The position numbers were made by a program, and so were the translations under genes. A DNA stretch of 64,000 nt from the NCBI RefSeq assembly GCF_011745625.1, contig NW_027191454.1, forward strand, positions 620,001 to 684,000, in the 5' to 3' direction. This DNA comes from Cladosporium halotolerans. Lineage: Eukaryota. Below the pieces are notes generated by a model, which had not been told where the DNA came from, ran no database searches, and saw only the letters and a list, made by a program, of their open reading frames with translations. Shown here piece after piece: positions 33,823-46,194 of this stretch. How positions within the stretch are numbered: position 1 is the first letter of the stretch; the number at the start of each line of letters is the position of its first letter.

Positions 33823-35479
33823 ATGAACGCCAAAGAGCTGCACCGCCGGCAGAGGAACAACCAAGCTGTCGCTAGGTGCATTCCCGTCTTCCTGATCTGC
33901 GCGACCATATACGCGAGCTGGGTGTTTGTAGGGCCGCTTTGCGGTATGTTACTATCTATGTTACTATCGAACTCGCCCAACAAGACACAGCAGCTGAGAA
34001 CATGCAGTGGAATACCTCCTGAACCCCCACCAGGATGCGCGCGTTCCCCAGCGCATCGGGCTTGGAATAGCCCTACCGATCGTTTACTTCTGCCTTCTCA
34101 TGCCCATGGCAGTGAGCTACTTTCGCCTGCTCTACGTCGTCACATTCAATCCAGGTCTGACGGACCAACGCCATCCACCCCGAGAACCCTCGCAAAAGCC
34201 ACCCGATTCCCCCGAACAAGCTACGACCACGCGGTCGTGTGCTCGCACGACCATAGCCGATTATCAAGAACCAGTTGGATTGGATTATGAAAGTATATTG
34301 AAGGGTCGCCTGCCCGCGCCGCCGGGCATTGAAGAATTCTACACCAAGGACGTTTTCCAGTGCGACGCCAACGGCCTCCCTTTGTGGTGCCAGGCATGTT
34401 CGAATTGGAAGCCAGATCGCAGTCATCATTGCACCGATATTGGAAGATGCTGCTTGAAGATGGACCACTTCTGTCCGTGGGTCGGTGGTGTCGTCGGCGA
34501 GAACGGGCATAAATTCTTCGTCCAATTCACGACATACACAACCATCTTCACCGCATATGTCCTCATCGTCATGGCCATCTTCGTCGCCGAATCCAAACAG
34601 ACCCGCGGCACCATCGGCAACGTCCACTGGGTCGTCACAATCGGCTTCTCCGGCTTCTTCTGCATCTTCACCTTCGGCCTGGCCCTCATGTCCACGCACC
34701 TCGCCCTCCGCAACGTCACCACCATCGAGAACATCGACGCCGCGACCGCCTCCATCTTCCTCGCCGTCCTCCTTCCCCCCGAACTCCAGCACGAACAAAA
34801 CCTCCAATTCCCCCCTCCCGCCCTCTCCCGCCACAACACCCCACCCTCCCGCTCCGCCGACAGCTCCGCCCCCCTCACCTCCGAGCTCGACGACCCCGCC
34901 CACGCCAGCTACTTCAGCAACACGCGCACCGTCTCGTCCGAGCGCAACGCGCGGCCCCGCAAGCGCAGCCGCGACGACCCCGCCGCGCAATTCTGGCACG
35001 GCACCATCACCTACCCTCTCTACCTGCCGCCCGACCGCCCGCCGCTCCCCGCCCCGGAATCCCGCACCTTCGCCATCCTGCGCACGCCGCCCGGCATGAA
35101 CCCCTGGAACCTGGGCGGGTGGCACAATTTCACCTCGGTGTTCGGCGCCCGCCCGCACGACTGGCTGCTGCCCGTCGCGCACTCGCCGTGCACGCGGCAC
35201 GGCAGCGCGGTGTCGTTCTACGCCATGGGGTGGGAGTTCGAGCAGCTGCTGGAGGACGCGAGGCTCGTGCAGCCGCCGGAGTTCATCAAGCGGGCGAGGA
35301 GGAGGGGGAGCTCGGTTGGGGCGGGGCAGATGAGGAGGAAGAAGAAGAGGCTGGACGAGGGGTGGCAGAATGGGGAGAGGCCGCCTGGGTGGGAGATGGA
35401 GAAGGAGGCGAGGCGGGTGAGGAGGATGCAGAGGGAGAGGGAGAGGGAGAGGGAAAGGGAGGAGAGGGAGTGGAGGTGA
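33823..35479 (+). CDS. PFA5: DHHC palmitoyltransferase, Pfa5-like; intron 33944-34007
   Basis: WCQACSNWKPDRSHHCTDIGRCCLKMDHFCPWVGG (DHFC variant), four hydrophobic segments, NVTTIE, NPWNLG. The symbol is assigned from subfamily resemblance. Confidence 0.88.
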
Positions 35480-35991
35480 GAGGTGGGTCGAGGGGGTTGC
35501 TTGTTTTGTCTGCTTCTTTTTTGTTTTCCGAGAGCGTTGGCGTTGGAGGGGAATATATATGGGATTTTGCCAAGGCGTCCGATTCAGTTCGCTCAGGGGA
35601 GGCAGAGGCGTTTTCGCGCGAGGATTTGGTTGGCATATATGAAGTCTAACTTGTATAAAACCAAGCTGCGAAATCATTTCAAGCAAGGCAGGCAATGCCA
35701 CCTGAGAGTCACATCATCCATCTTGCCCAAAAATGCATTTGCAAACGAAGTGGAACGAAGGGAAAGGCTCAAGTAAACAAGTGAGAAAGTGACGAGGAAG
35801 AAGGAATGGAAAAGTAGAGCAAAAAACGTTGAGAAGAAGAAAAATCAAAAGAAAGATGAAAACAAGCAGCCGAGAGGGAAAAGAGGCGCAAAAAGGGGTA
35901 TCGTGCAAGCCGTCAACATCCTGTCCTCGCCAGAGCAGTCCAGCAACGACGCTGTCTCTGAGCACCAGCGTCGTCCAGTCCCCATGCCAGG

Positions 35992-36275
35992 TCACCTGAA
36001 GACGTAGCAGTGGGGGCACTTGTAATGCCCGTCCAGTGCGCAGCGCTCCGGCGAGAGTGTTGGCATGTTGGTCTGCCTGCATTTGCAGCACGTCCTGTGC
36101 CGAGATGAGATAGTCAGCGATAGGGCTCCAGTCTCGTAGAATGAGCAGCGTCATATCAGATAGCGTACCAAGAGCCCCTGGGAGGATAGCCGTGAGACTT
36201 GTACTCGTGACACTTGTGCTTGACATTGTGGCCGCGCGGCTTGGGGGCGCTGGCAATGTTCTGAGAGGGAGCCAT
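35992..36275 (-). CDS. Small 69-aa Cys/His-rich putative zinc-binding protein (spliced, absent from ORF track); exons 36275-36169 and 36094-35992
   Basis: aaccATGG start context, CA-rich leader, upstream TATAAG, and a 74-nt GTACGC..GCTGAC..CAG intron. Product MAPSQNIASAPKPRGHNVKHKCHEYKSHGYPPRGSWTCCKCRQTNMPTLSPERCALDGHYKCPHCYVFR*. Confidence 0.75.
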
Positions 36276-38742
36276 GGTTTACTTGAGAGTTGTTGGTTTG
36301 GCTTTGAGGTGTTGGTTTGCGATGAGAATGAGAGGTTGAGTGCTTGATGAGGATGTGTTCGAGTGAGAAGGTTGCTGATATAAAAAAGAATCTCCGTAAA
36401 CTTACTTTACCACCTACCTTATAAAGATTTCCTTCGTCGTGGCTTCATAGTGGATGAAACGAGGCGAAAGCCTCGATTGCAGCGCCCTGCTGTCAATGAG
36501 CGACATTCATCTCTCGAGGAGGTGACTGGTGGCAAGGAAGCACTGCCTTTTGGAAGGGCGGGATGGTCGATCTCGCCCCGGAGCGCAAATGCGGTGTGCT
36601 TGTCCATTCGAATCATCGGGGCACAACCAGACGTGGGGCATCGGTGGAGATGAGGCAGACGAGAAGCTCCATGGCAGATCGAGGGTTGTTTCGATAGTAC
36701 ATATCAGCGCCTTGACACGTGGAAATCAAGGCGGCTTAGATCAGTCACTCGGAGATCGCGCTGCGAGGTCATAGATGTCAACAATGGAATAGGATTTCCG
36801 GCAGAGTTCTGAGGTGGCGGTGACCGGCAATGGTTGGTGAAGGTCGAAACTGAATGCAGGCGCAGCGATGTTGGTCGGCCTCTGCACGAAATATAACCAG
36901 GCGAGGGTGGATGGCATCGCTGATGACGTTAGCAGAGGGCTATGACGCGCGAATTGAAGGGCGCAAGCAATCTAGATCATGGAAAAGCTTTGCGCATCTA
37001 GTGAGCACCGTAGCTGGGTAATCGGTGCAAGTAGGGCAAACCAGGCGACCCGAAGTTTGAGACCAGATCCCTGTAGTCCTTGACCACAACAAGGCGTCGT
37101 GTTTGCATGTCTGATACGATGAAGCGCGTGAGGCGCATGAATGAAAAGCGGTGAACTCGGGCAGTGCAAAAGCATCGCGGTCGGCCTCCAAAAGCGGGTT
37201 GAAAAGTCAGGGCGCGTCCAGTCTAGCGACACCCAGGGACACGACAGCAGCGAAGAGCAAAGTCGCGACGACAGGACCGTGATCAATAGCCGACGACAGC
37301 GTACGGGCAGGTCGACTGCGCAACCCATCGAAGGCGACAACAGTAAGGTCGGCAACAATGCACGACATCTTTCAAGACTAGCTTGCCTTTCCACAGTGGC
37401 GAGGCGTCTCTCGTGTTGTAGGCGCAGGCAGTCTGTTGTGGCAGAATGAAACGACAGCCACGTGGATATGTCGGCGAAAGTGGCGGTACTCGCAGCATCT
37501 CGCTACTCGTGCCTTAACTTAAGGAATATTCTGTGTCGTGATCAGCGACTAAGCTCCATGTCGGAAGGGCGGGATGTCAAGCTGGCTGTGTAAGCAGTAT
37601 ACTACGCGGATTGAGGCAACCAGGTGCCTGCATCCATGTGTGCGGTGGCTAGGGGCGGTAAAGTTACGAAGGTTTGAGACGGATTGATTTTCAGGCATTG
37701 CAGAGGTCAATGAGCGAGGGGTTCATGAATGAGAGCTCTAGATCAGCTGATGAGCTATACCTGCGGTGGAACAGCTGCGGCTAGTTCCAGCCTTGTGTAA
37801 CCCAGTGTTGACATCTGAGCGGGGTGAACAAGGCGCGCCTATGGCACGTTTATGACGATACCACACAGCTCGGCGCAAGCCTTGTGGATGTACATCCCAC
37901 TGAAAATCTCCTTTTAGATATGCAGTGGTGATACCTCTTGTCGGACACGGTCGGCAAGCCGGAAGTTGCATGTCGAAGTGGCGGAGTCGAGGAGAAGGGC
38001 GTGGAGTAGGAACGGGGCGTTGTTCGAAGGAAGCGCCACCAAACGTCTTGTGACCTTGTTGCAGAAAGTCCAGTATGCCTTCAACAGACGTTCGTCGGGC
38101 GGTGGGCAACCGGCAAGAATCGCATCCGACGATGTTGCATGCACCTTCGGCGAGGTCCGGCGAACAATCTGCAGTGCGTGTAGAGGCCGCCTTCACGTAC
38201 TTTGCATGACTCGGCGAAGCAAGCGTGCAAGATTAGGGCTGGACATGATCGTATACTGTACTCTACAGTCGGTGAAGGTAGCCCTAGAACGGCTGCAGGG
38301 TCTGTTCGACTGTTGACATTAGATCAACGTTGATGCATCACTCGTGCAACTCGTTTGTTGTGGGGCAACGGGGGTGACGTCGAGAGCAGGCAGGCCGAGA
38401 CTTGCACGCGGACGCGGACGCACCCGGGGCGCTTTTGCTTGCAAGAAGCTCGGGACTCTCTCCATCCTTACAATCAAACAAACCCTGCCAAAGGCGCCGC
38501 CTCATCCCTTTCACACGATATTCCCGCAGAGTCAGCAACACTGCCGGTCCTGCACGCGCCACCTGCCGTCACTGCGCTCTGCCACCGCCGACTCACCCAA
38601 CCGTTGCGCCTCACGCAGTCGCAACACAGCCTCTTATCAATGAAGCACGCGACCTCTTCTCCATCCGCCCGCCTCTGAGGTGCCAGACACCTGCGCCTCT
38701 ACCCTTCGCGACGCCCCCTACTGCGCGCGCATCGCCTTCAAC

Positions 38743-40473
38743 ATGGCGTTCAACTTCAACTGGTCGCCGCTGATCGCTGACACCGACCGCGTGCGCGACA
38801 TGCTTACCACCGCGCTGAACAAGTCGCCCAAGCCCCCTATAATCGTCGACGACATCCTGGTGAACGAGCTGAATCTTGGTTCAACGCCGCCCGAGCTGGA
38901 TATCCTGGAAATTGGCGATTTGGCGGAGGATAGATTCAGAGGGATCTTCAAGATGAGCTACACAGGCGACGCATACTTGACGCTGAAAACACGGGTGCAA
39001 GCAAATCCACTCAACACATACCTTTCGACCAAGCCTTCCTTCGCGAGTCCGCAGCCTCTGGCCGCCAGCAGCTCGCTTACCATCCCGCTGCAAATTACAC
39101 TATCCGATATTCGTCTCTCTGGATTCGTCATCTTGGTCTTCTCCAAGCAGAAAGGCATCACGCTGGTCTTCCGAAACGACCCGCTTGAGTCGCTCAAGGT
39201 GTCGTCCACATTTGATGCAATCCCGTTCGTGCGCGACTACCTGCAGAAGACCATCGAGAATCAGCTTAGGGTGCTGTTCATGGAAGATCTGCCGGCAATC
39301 ATCCACAAACTGTCGCTGCGCTTGTTCAGCTCAGAATATCAGGTCACAGACCTCGTTCAACCCAGAAAGAGCCAGGCAGATTTGAGGGCCCACACTGATC
39401 CATTTGCGAGCTTAGCATCTCTGGACGATGACGGCATGCCGCTGGACGGCAACTTGGAGACGCCCGGAGAGACATACGCGAGTTTTTCTCAGAAGAACCT
39501 CTTGCGATTAGCCGCGCTTTCTGAGAGCCAGCGAACACTTTCCCTATTTACGCCTCGGGTGAGGGATGCTGTGTACCGCGCCTGGTCGAATGCTAGCGAA
39601 CGGAAGGATCCTGCGTCTGGCACGAACACCCCAACACACAGAACCACAACGCTGTCAAGAATTCAATCATCATTGGGTAGGCATGGTACAGGGTCATCAG
39701 CTACTTCTGGAAGCTCTGACGCAGGATCGCATGCGACGAGACCTACGCTGCCGAGCATTGCATCGTCTGCATCGCTTCAGAGCCTCGGGAGCTCGAGACC
39801 GCATCGTCAGCGCAAGAGAAAGAATAGAGTGGTCGATCTTCGGAAGAAAGCCGTGCAGAACGACAATGGCGAGGTCGCGAGCGTTGCTAGCAGCTTCGAA
39901 GACAGCGAGAGCACGGGCGGCAGCCACTCGAAGGCGCTCAGCGCGTCCGGCACGCAGCTCACGAGCAATGTCCCTAGCAATGAGCGAGAAGGCGAGCTCG
40001 TCACACCTCCCCGGAGTCCGAAGAAAGTCGGCTTCCATGCGGGAAGCAAGGATCAGCAGGTCTACGCGGAAACAGTCCGACCTGGCTCTAGTCGCCGGCC
40101 AGTGACGCCCCACCAGCTCTCATCGCAGGCACTGGAAGACGACGACCCTACGCCTCGAGCATCTATGATCATTGCAGACCACGACGATGAGAAGAAGCCG
40201 CAGCGCCGCAACTTACCTCGCATGAAGACGCTTCCGGCAAAATCCAAGTCCGTCGACCTGCCTCGCACGCGTTCCGACGCGAACGTCCCAAAACTCGGCG
40301 TGCCATTCGGCGAGGGTTCGTCAGGCGGGATCCTGGAACAAGCGTGGATGATGAAGATGGCGCACGAGATCGCCAACCGTGTCGCCGAAGAGAAGTCCAG
40401 GGGAGGCGTGTGGGGTCAGGCAAGCTCCGACGACGGAAACGGCGTCGAGGCTCCGCCCGCATACGTCTCGTGA
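38743..40473 (+). CDS. MDM34: ERMES complex subunit Mdm34 (SMP domain)
   Basis: MAFNFNWSPL, PPELDILEIGDLAEDRFRGIFK, VQANPL, GITLVFRNDPLESLKVSSTFD, and C-terminal PPAY. Confidence 0.95.
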   Translation: MAFNFNWSPLIADTDRVRDMLTTALNKSPKPPIIVDDILVNELNLGSTPPELDILEIGDLAEDRFRGIFKMSYTGDAYLTLKTRVQANPLNTYLSTKPSFASPQPLAASSSLTIPLQITLSDIRLSGFVILVFSKQKGITLVFRNDPLESLKVSSTFDAIPFVRDYLQKTIENQLRVLFMEDLPAIIHKLSLRLFSSEYQVTDLVQPRKSQADLRAHTDPFASLASLDDDGMPLDGNLETPGETYASFSQKNLLRLAALSESQRTLSLFTPRVRDAVYRAWSNASERKDPASGTNTPTHRTTTLSRIQSSLGRHGTGSSATSGSSDAGSHATRPTLPSIASSASLQSLGSSRPHRQRKRKNRVVDLRKKAVQNDNGEVASVASSFEDSESTGGSHSKALSASGTQLTSNVPSNEREGELVTPPRSPKKVGFHAGSKDQQVYAETVRPGSSRRPVTPHQLSSQALEDDDPTPRASMIIADHDDEKKPQRRNLPRMKTLPAKSKSVDLPRTRSDANVPKLGVPFGEGSSGGILEQAWMMKMAHEIANRVAEEKSRGGVWGQASSDDGNGVEAPPAYVS

Positions 40474-40854
40474 AGAGAGTAATTTCTTGTTTCGGTTCTG
40501 GCCAGCTACTTGAGCGGTCTGTTTTTATTGTTGCTTTTGATTCCTTTTTTCGGTCACGACGGGCTCTTGTGTATCACGATACCAATACCCCCTGGGATAG
40601 CAAGGCGTTCGGTGGAAAGACGGCATCGGCGCATACCGGCCTGTAACGACTAATGCACGCCTGCTCACAGATCTCTTCTCCAGAGAAAACACAGACACAG
40701 GAGAAACACAAGAGACACACACGGGCGCGCTGAGGTTTTTTTCTTGTATTCATAGCACGCGGGCGATCTATACCTCATTAATGCATTGCGCTCCTCACTC
40801 TGACATTAATTTGCCTTGCAATCTCGGTTCTTTCAAGTCATCACACCACGACTC

Positions 40855-41480
40855 TCACTTCGAGCTCGTCCCCTCCTCATCCTCCGCGAGCAAGTTCTCG
40901 ACAGCCGCGATCTTGTCCTCGGGCGTCTGGCTCTTGTCCGTCCGGCTGCCGACGCGGATGTCGCTCTGGATCCGCACGACGCCGTTCGCGTGCAGCATGC
41001 TGTGTGCTTGGCCGATCACGTGCATGACTTGGTCCCAGGGGCCCTCTATTTAGGACGTGTTAGTAAAGAGGGCTTTGAGGAGGCTGGGGCTGGGCTTTGA
41101 GATACCTAATGTCGTTCCGGCACTGTGCATTGTGTATTTGACGCCGCTCTTCTTGAGCAGTCGTTGGACGGAGGCTACTTCCTTTGAGACGGAGGCGGTA
41201 GGAGTGCCGATTGGGATGAGGCAGAAGTCTAGGTATTCTCAGTCAGCCCGTTACCGTCAATATTTGGGAGTATAAGGACAAGTCAACGTGGTCGCTCGAT
41301 GCATAGGTAAAGCAAGGCAATAGATAAAGTGATCACTAGAGCCACGGGAGAGGCTTGCCCTCCAACAGGTAATCACGCGACACACATACCAGCAAGGCAC
41401 GCCGAGGGCGCCGGCAGCGACGTGGGATCCGAGTCCGCCATTCCTTTCAGGACGTGATGCAATTGTGGGGAGGAGTCCAT
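40855..41480 (-). CDS. ECM15: Ecm15/UPF0045 (thiamine-binding/YkoF-like fold) protein; start 41480 or 41441; introns 41229-41389 and 41046-41105
   Basis: Spliced product ..[84 protein letters not shown].. Not represented in the ORF track. Confidence 0.88.
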
Positions 41481-41955
41481 AAACCACTACCGATCACCTC
41501 TGGTGTCGTTGATGCCAGAAACCTTCATGAACCTCTCCCCCGCCCGGCCTCGGACGTTGAGCGTGAAACTCACCCGCCACTGGCGCTGCGTGGGGCAGCG
41601 AGCTGGGACACCGCGACTTCGCCGCACACAGCTAGGTCGCCGTCGCTAGAGCTGCAGCCTTGTGGACTGGGAATTGCGTCCTGGGATCTACCGCTAACTC
41701 ACGCGAGCAATCTAACGCACGTGGGACGCGCCGTCGGATTCTTCGACGAGATTTGAGGGCACGCGGGCTTTCTCTCTTCGGGATTCGCAACGCGCTGACG
41801 ACTGATGTGACACGACACGGTGGAGGCGTTTTATTTTTGGCGAAGGACTGGCTGGGATCCGCAGGCGGGCTTGCGTGGACGGCGTTTCTTTGGGATTGGG
41901 TCGCTTCTAGAGCCATACAGGTGAGGGAACAGGGAGCCGCCGGCTCGGTCGCGAG

Positions 41956-42939
41956 ATGACCATCACGGCGTACTACAGCGAGGACGGCGAGGCGCCGCGG
42001 TTTTCTACGAGCAAGACGAGGAATGCAATTGCCTGCAGACTGGAGTACCTGAACGAAGGCGGTGCCAATTTTATTTTCAGCATCGTCAGACTGCAGACTG
42101 AGCTGCCTCCACTGCTGAGAGGCAAGCTGCTTCGCTTGCGGAAAGACCTCTCCCACGTGCAGACTACCGCGGAACAGGTCAAGTCTTTTCGGGACAACTT
42201 CAAGACACTGTTCCCAGCCGATTGTGTCGTGCAACACGATCTCGTACGCCTCGAAAACGGACTGGCCGACTCACTCAACGATGCCATCGACCTTGTTATT
42301 CGGCCCTCGCACAGGACTCACCACTACCTACCTCAAAATGAACCTTTTGGCCTTCTGGTGACCGACATGATGCCTGACGCGGGACATGCGATGCTGGAAA
42401 TCAAACCTAAATGGCTTCTGCAATCATCGAACGCGCCGGCGGACGCGAAAAGATGTCGTACGTGTGCTCTACGGGCTCAGCGAGCGTCTCAGGGTAAATG
42501 CACCGCCACCGACGAGCAAGGCAGCTGTCCTCTCGACTTTGTCAGCGAGCACGAGCAGGACCGGCGACGAGCGATGGACAGGGCGACGCGCGAGTCGAAG
42601 CTCGCGCACTTCCTGGTCGGAGACGCACAGCCGCTGTTCGCAATACTGCGGGATCAGCAGCGATTCCTGGATCCTCATGGCGTGCTGAGAGTGGCTGGTG
42701 CTGATGGCATATACAACTTGTGTCGCGCAATGACTCTCCGGGACTGCACGCTATTCGTCAGGTCGACGGCGCGAGGAATCGAGGCGCGGTTGGGTGATTT
42801 GGACTTCAAGCATCCTGAGAAGCTGGGGAGGTGGAAAGACATTGAGCGCCGGCTGATCGACGAGGGTTGGTATACCAACGCCGAAGCTGAGTCGATGTGG
42901 CGTGATGAGACGATCTGTCGACTGTCGAGGAATTCCTGA
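41956..42939 (+). CDS. IPK1: Inositol-pentakisphosphate 2-kinase
   Basis: Ipk1 boxes EGGAN, LRLRK, EIKPKW, CRTCA, CPLD, MTLRDCT, DLDFK. Confidence 0.9.
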   Translation: MTITAYYSEDGEAPRFSTSKTRNAIACRLEYLNEGGANFIFSIVRLQTELPPLLRGKLLRLRKDLSHVQTTAEQVKSFRDNFKTLFPADCVVQHDLVRLENGLADSLNDAIDLVIRPSHRTHHYLPQNEPFGLLVTDMMPDAGHAMLEIKPKWLLQSSNAPADAKRCRTCALRAQRASQGKCTATDEQGSCPLDFVSEHEQDRRRAMDRATRESKLAHFLVGDAQPLFAILRDQQRFLDPHGVLRVAGADGIYNLCRAMTLRDCTLFVRSTARGIEARLGDLDFKHPEKLGRWKDIERRLIDEGWYTNAEAESMWRDETICRLSRNS

Positions 42940-44474
42940 ACTCGTCTTATTCGCGGGTAAGAGCTGAGGTCGCATGTAATGCTGCAAACAGTCGCTGTTA
43001 CTCAAGGCTTCAAGGAGATAACCTGCGAGGCGCACCATGTGCCTCAGCTGACATCTACTTTAAATTTTTTTCAGCAGAAGATACAGTAGCGACGTATTAT
43101 TTCACGCGCAATACTACCCAACAGAACAGAACTTCGGAGATCAGCTTTTCTTCTGAAACGTTTCGCATTTTCGCGCTATTCAGGGATCTTGCTTGTCCGC
43201 TTTACATAGAGTTTTCGCAACCTACATGAAGTACGCTCAGCCGTGCGCAGGGTGGGCTGGCGTGCATGAGACACGGCTGCGTACCGAAGCGATCCTCGCG
43301 CGAACGCCAATTGCGTGAGGTAGGGCTCGCAGACATGGCGAGAGGATGAAACCTGGCGAACGTCACATCCCCAGGCCCGAAGGTCGACTATAAGCCGATC
43401 AAACAAGTGACACTTCAAGAGCGAGAACGGGGTCGGACGGCACCGCGGCATGCACGCACGCTCGCACGAACCAACGCACACACGGGAACGATCATCCTCG
43501 TGGGCGGCAGGGTAAGAATCGTGTTTGCACCTGTGTCATGGGCCACAACGGCTCCCCCGGTATCCGCTGGAGCGAGCCTGTCCGCTCCAAGAATCCGAGC
43601 GGACGGAATTGTCGCGAGCGGCCGTCTGTGGTGTCGATAGTCTCCTGTACAGACGCATCAATCAATATCAATCTCGTTCGGCTACGCGGTGACAGCGTAC
43701 CGGAGACCAATTTATCAGCGCCATCAATCCGGCACTTTATTTCCGGTACGGGCTCGCCGCGGCCCTCGAATTCTCTTGGCTTCTGAGAATCATCGGCATG
43801 CAGCTAAGAGGGTCTGAAGACACGGCCAGGCCGCGTTGCCGACGCCAGCGGCACTCAGTTTTCCTTTTCTGGACCTAAGTCGGCGACTACATCTCATAGT
43901 CCCGCCACCGAGCAGCCTTCATGCAGCATCATGCCGCGGACACACACTGGCTGCGCGGCGGCGATCAAGACAGTGTGACACGTCTGTGGCCGGGGGAAGG
44001 ATTTGGAAGGCAGACAGGCTTCCTCTTCTGGAACATGGCAAGTGAAAATAAGGATCGGCAGGGAGCGCAGCGCGTGATGCCGGTGACGTCGCCCATGGCC
44101 GGGCGGCCTTGCGAAAAGGTGGGCCTCCACACCCATTGGCCTGACACGCGTGCTAGGGCGAAATGCCGACCTCGACAGGGCCTCGACACGCGGGCGAGAG
44201 TCGGGATGGCGGTGGTGGTGGCACTGCAGGTTTCGTGTCGCCGCCGACGACCCTGCCCTCTGCCAACCGTTGCGGGAGTCCGACCTTCCTTTCCTCCATA
44301 TTCCCCATCCGTACTCCGCCATATATCGTACACTCGTTGCGCACAGAAGACATCTCCATACCCTTGCACCACTGGGGAGATCCTTGACCGCTTGCCAGCC
44401 AATTCCTCCTTGCGCCAACCTGAAGGGCTCGGCCCTGCTTCCTTGATCCTTCACCCATCGGACTTCACGCTAGG

Positions 44475-45656
44475 ATGTCGCGAGAAAGATCGGTCAGTCC
44501 GGTAGGGACTTCGAAGTTCGAGCAAGCATACGAACCACCGTCGCGCATCGCTCGCCCAGCATCGCCGACGGATTCGAGCACCCTTGACGCTCGGCGACAT
44601 GCCGTTCATATCAGCAAGCCGTCCAAAGCCTCCACGGTAGATTCGATACTTTCATACGACCACAACGCATATTCTACGGCTCCCACGAGCATCAACAATT
44701 CCCCCATAGACGATCATGTCGAGGCTCTGCCCAAATACGCCACTGCTCCCTCTGTCAAACAGTCAGCACCCAGCGAACACGACACAGAACATAACTTCCG
44801 TGTAGTCGACCCAGACGAATGGTTCTCACGCTTCCGCTCCGACTCCGACCAGTACGACCCCATCACCGACGAGTGCCCGGACCGCGCAACCCTCGCCGCC
44901 GCCTACAACATCCCCATCTACGCCGCCGACGGCACCGCCATGCCCTTCGGCCAAATATACCACCCGGCCACCGCAACTCACACGCGGCAGCTCGTCATCT
45001 TCATCCGCCACTTCTACTGCGGCGCCTGCCAGGCGTACCTCAAAGCGCTGAGCGACAACATCACGATGCAGGAGTACTTCTCGATCCCGACGCCGACGTC
45101 CATCATCGTCATCGGCTGCGGCCACCCGGAGCTGATCCCTTTCTACAAGCTCAAGACCGGCTGCCCCTTCCCCATCTACGCCGAGCCCAGCCGCGCGCTC
45201 TTCAAGCGCCTCGGCATGGTCCTCTCCGTCAACATCGGCATGAAGCGCCCCGAGTACATGAAGGACATCTCGCCCGTCGCCTGGGCCGCGGGCCAGATCA
45301 CCACCATCCAGAAGGGCGTCAAGATGCGCCAGGCCGAGCTCAACAAGTCGAAGCTCGAGGCGTCGGAGCGCCGCAGGCGGCAGGCTGAGATCGACAAGGA
45401 CGTCGCGCGGCTGGAGCAGTTGGAGGCGCATGAGGAGGAACGCTCGATCACGACGAGCTCCATTGGCTCGGGCGGCAGGGGCGAGGACAAGTTGGTGATT
45501 CGCAAGAGGGACGTCGTGAAGGGCGGCAACATCTTCCAGATCGGAGGCGAGTTCTTGTTCGAGGAGGGAGAGGTTGTATGGTGCCATCGCATGAAGAATT
45601 ACAGGAACCACGCGGAGGTGGACGTCATTCGCAAGGTTTTGGAGCTGGACGATTAA
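44475..45656 (+). CDS. Thioredoxin-fold AhpC/TSA-like (peroxiredoxin-like 2) protein
   Basis: LVIFIRHFYCGACQAY (CxxC), IGCG, FPIYAEP, QIGGEFLF, WCHRM, NHAE. Confidence 0.85.
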   Translation: MSRERSVSPVGTSKFEQAYEPPSRIARPASPTDSSTLDARRHAVHISKPSKASTVDSILSYDHNAYSTAPTSINNSPIDDHVEALPKYATAPSVKQSAPSEHDTEHNFRVVDPDEWFSRFRSDSDQYDPITDECPDRATLAAAYNIPIYAADGTAMPFGQIYHPATATHTRQLVIFIRHFYCGACQAYLKALSDNITMQEYFSIPTPTSIIVIGCGHPELIPFYKLKTGCPFPIYAEPSRALFKRLGMVLSVNIGMKRPEYMKDISPVAWAAGQITTIQKGVKMRQAELNKSKLEASERRRRQAEIDKDVARLEQLEAHEEERSITTSSIGSGGRGEDKLVIRKRDVVKGGNIFQIGGEFLFEEGEVVWCHRMKNYRNHAEVDVIRKVLELDD

Positions 45657-46194
45657 GCTTGCAGTGGCATCTCGAAGAAAATTTACTTTTCCTCGTCGGC
45701 TCTGCCGAAAATACACCAGTATGGCGAGGGAAATAATGCGGAGCAGGTGCTCTGCGACAAGTCTCTCTCGGCCTGACGCGCAAAACAAGACGCTTGCACG
45801 TAATCGGCATCGGAAGGTACAGGACCGTGCGTAGAAGCTCTTGGGAGGTACTTGCCTTTCCTTAGTCCTCGATCTAGAATCTGACAAAGAGGAGATATGA
45901 TGCGATTTGAGGGGTGGAGAGGGTGCGAAGTTCAGCGCAGGCGCTTGGAGTTTTTCGTTGCGACATTGAAGCATCTGATTCCCTAGTGAGAATCCCGATT
46001 GCACGGTCGGCCACATTGAGTTGAAGAGATAGAAGCTGTCCTGCGGTACAGCATTGTGTTACATATAATCAGTTCACAGCACATACGAATAATGAATTGG
46101 AAATCACAGCATCATCTGGTCCAATACCCTGCCTGACGCGATTTCGGGCCCTCATGACGAACTGCGCGTATGGACCGGTGAGTGCATTAACATT

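Noticed and set aside
34073..35701. 542-aa antisense ORF over PFA5 (also 22508-23575, 44826-46016, 46677-47543, 57086-58879)
   Set aside because: Antisense shadows of GC3-rich genuine genes.
35714..36256. 180-aa minus-strand ORF with hydrophobic C-terminus
   Set aside because: Begins at a non-ATG codon and runs through the intron and T-rich 3'UTR of the better-supported 69-aa spliced gene; the hydrophobic stretch is a poly-T artefact.
37738..38250. Possible minus-strand gene between the microprotein and MDM34
   Set aside because: Would need a ~32-nt intron with no branch site; no recognisable motif.
41229..41389. Possible TPP riboswitch or C/D snoRNA in the long intron of the thiamine-binding-fold ECM15 gene (CTGAGAATACC; GTGATTA..CTGA)
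   Set aside because: The CTGAGA lies in the branch/acceptor region and the downstream TGAT..GGATAAT..GCG aptamer half is absent. No rRNA-antisense guide was recognised.
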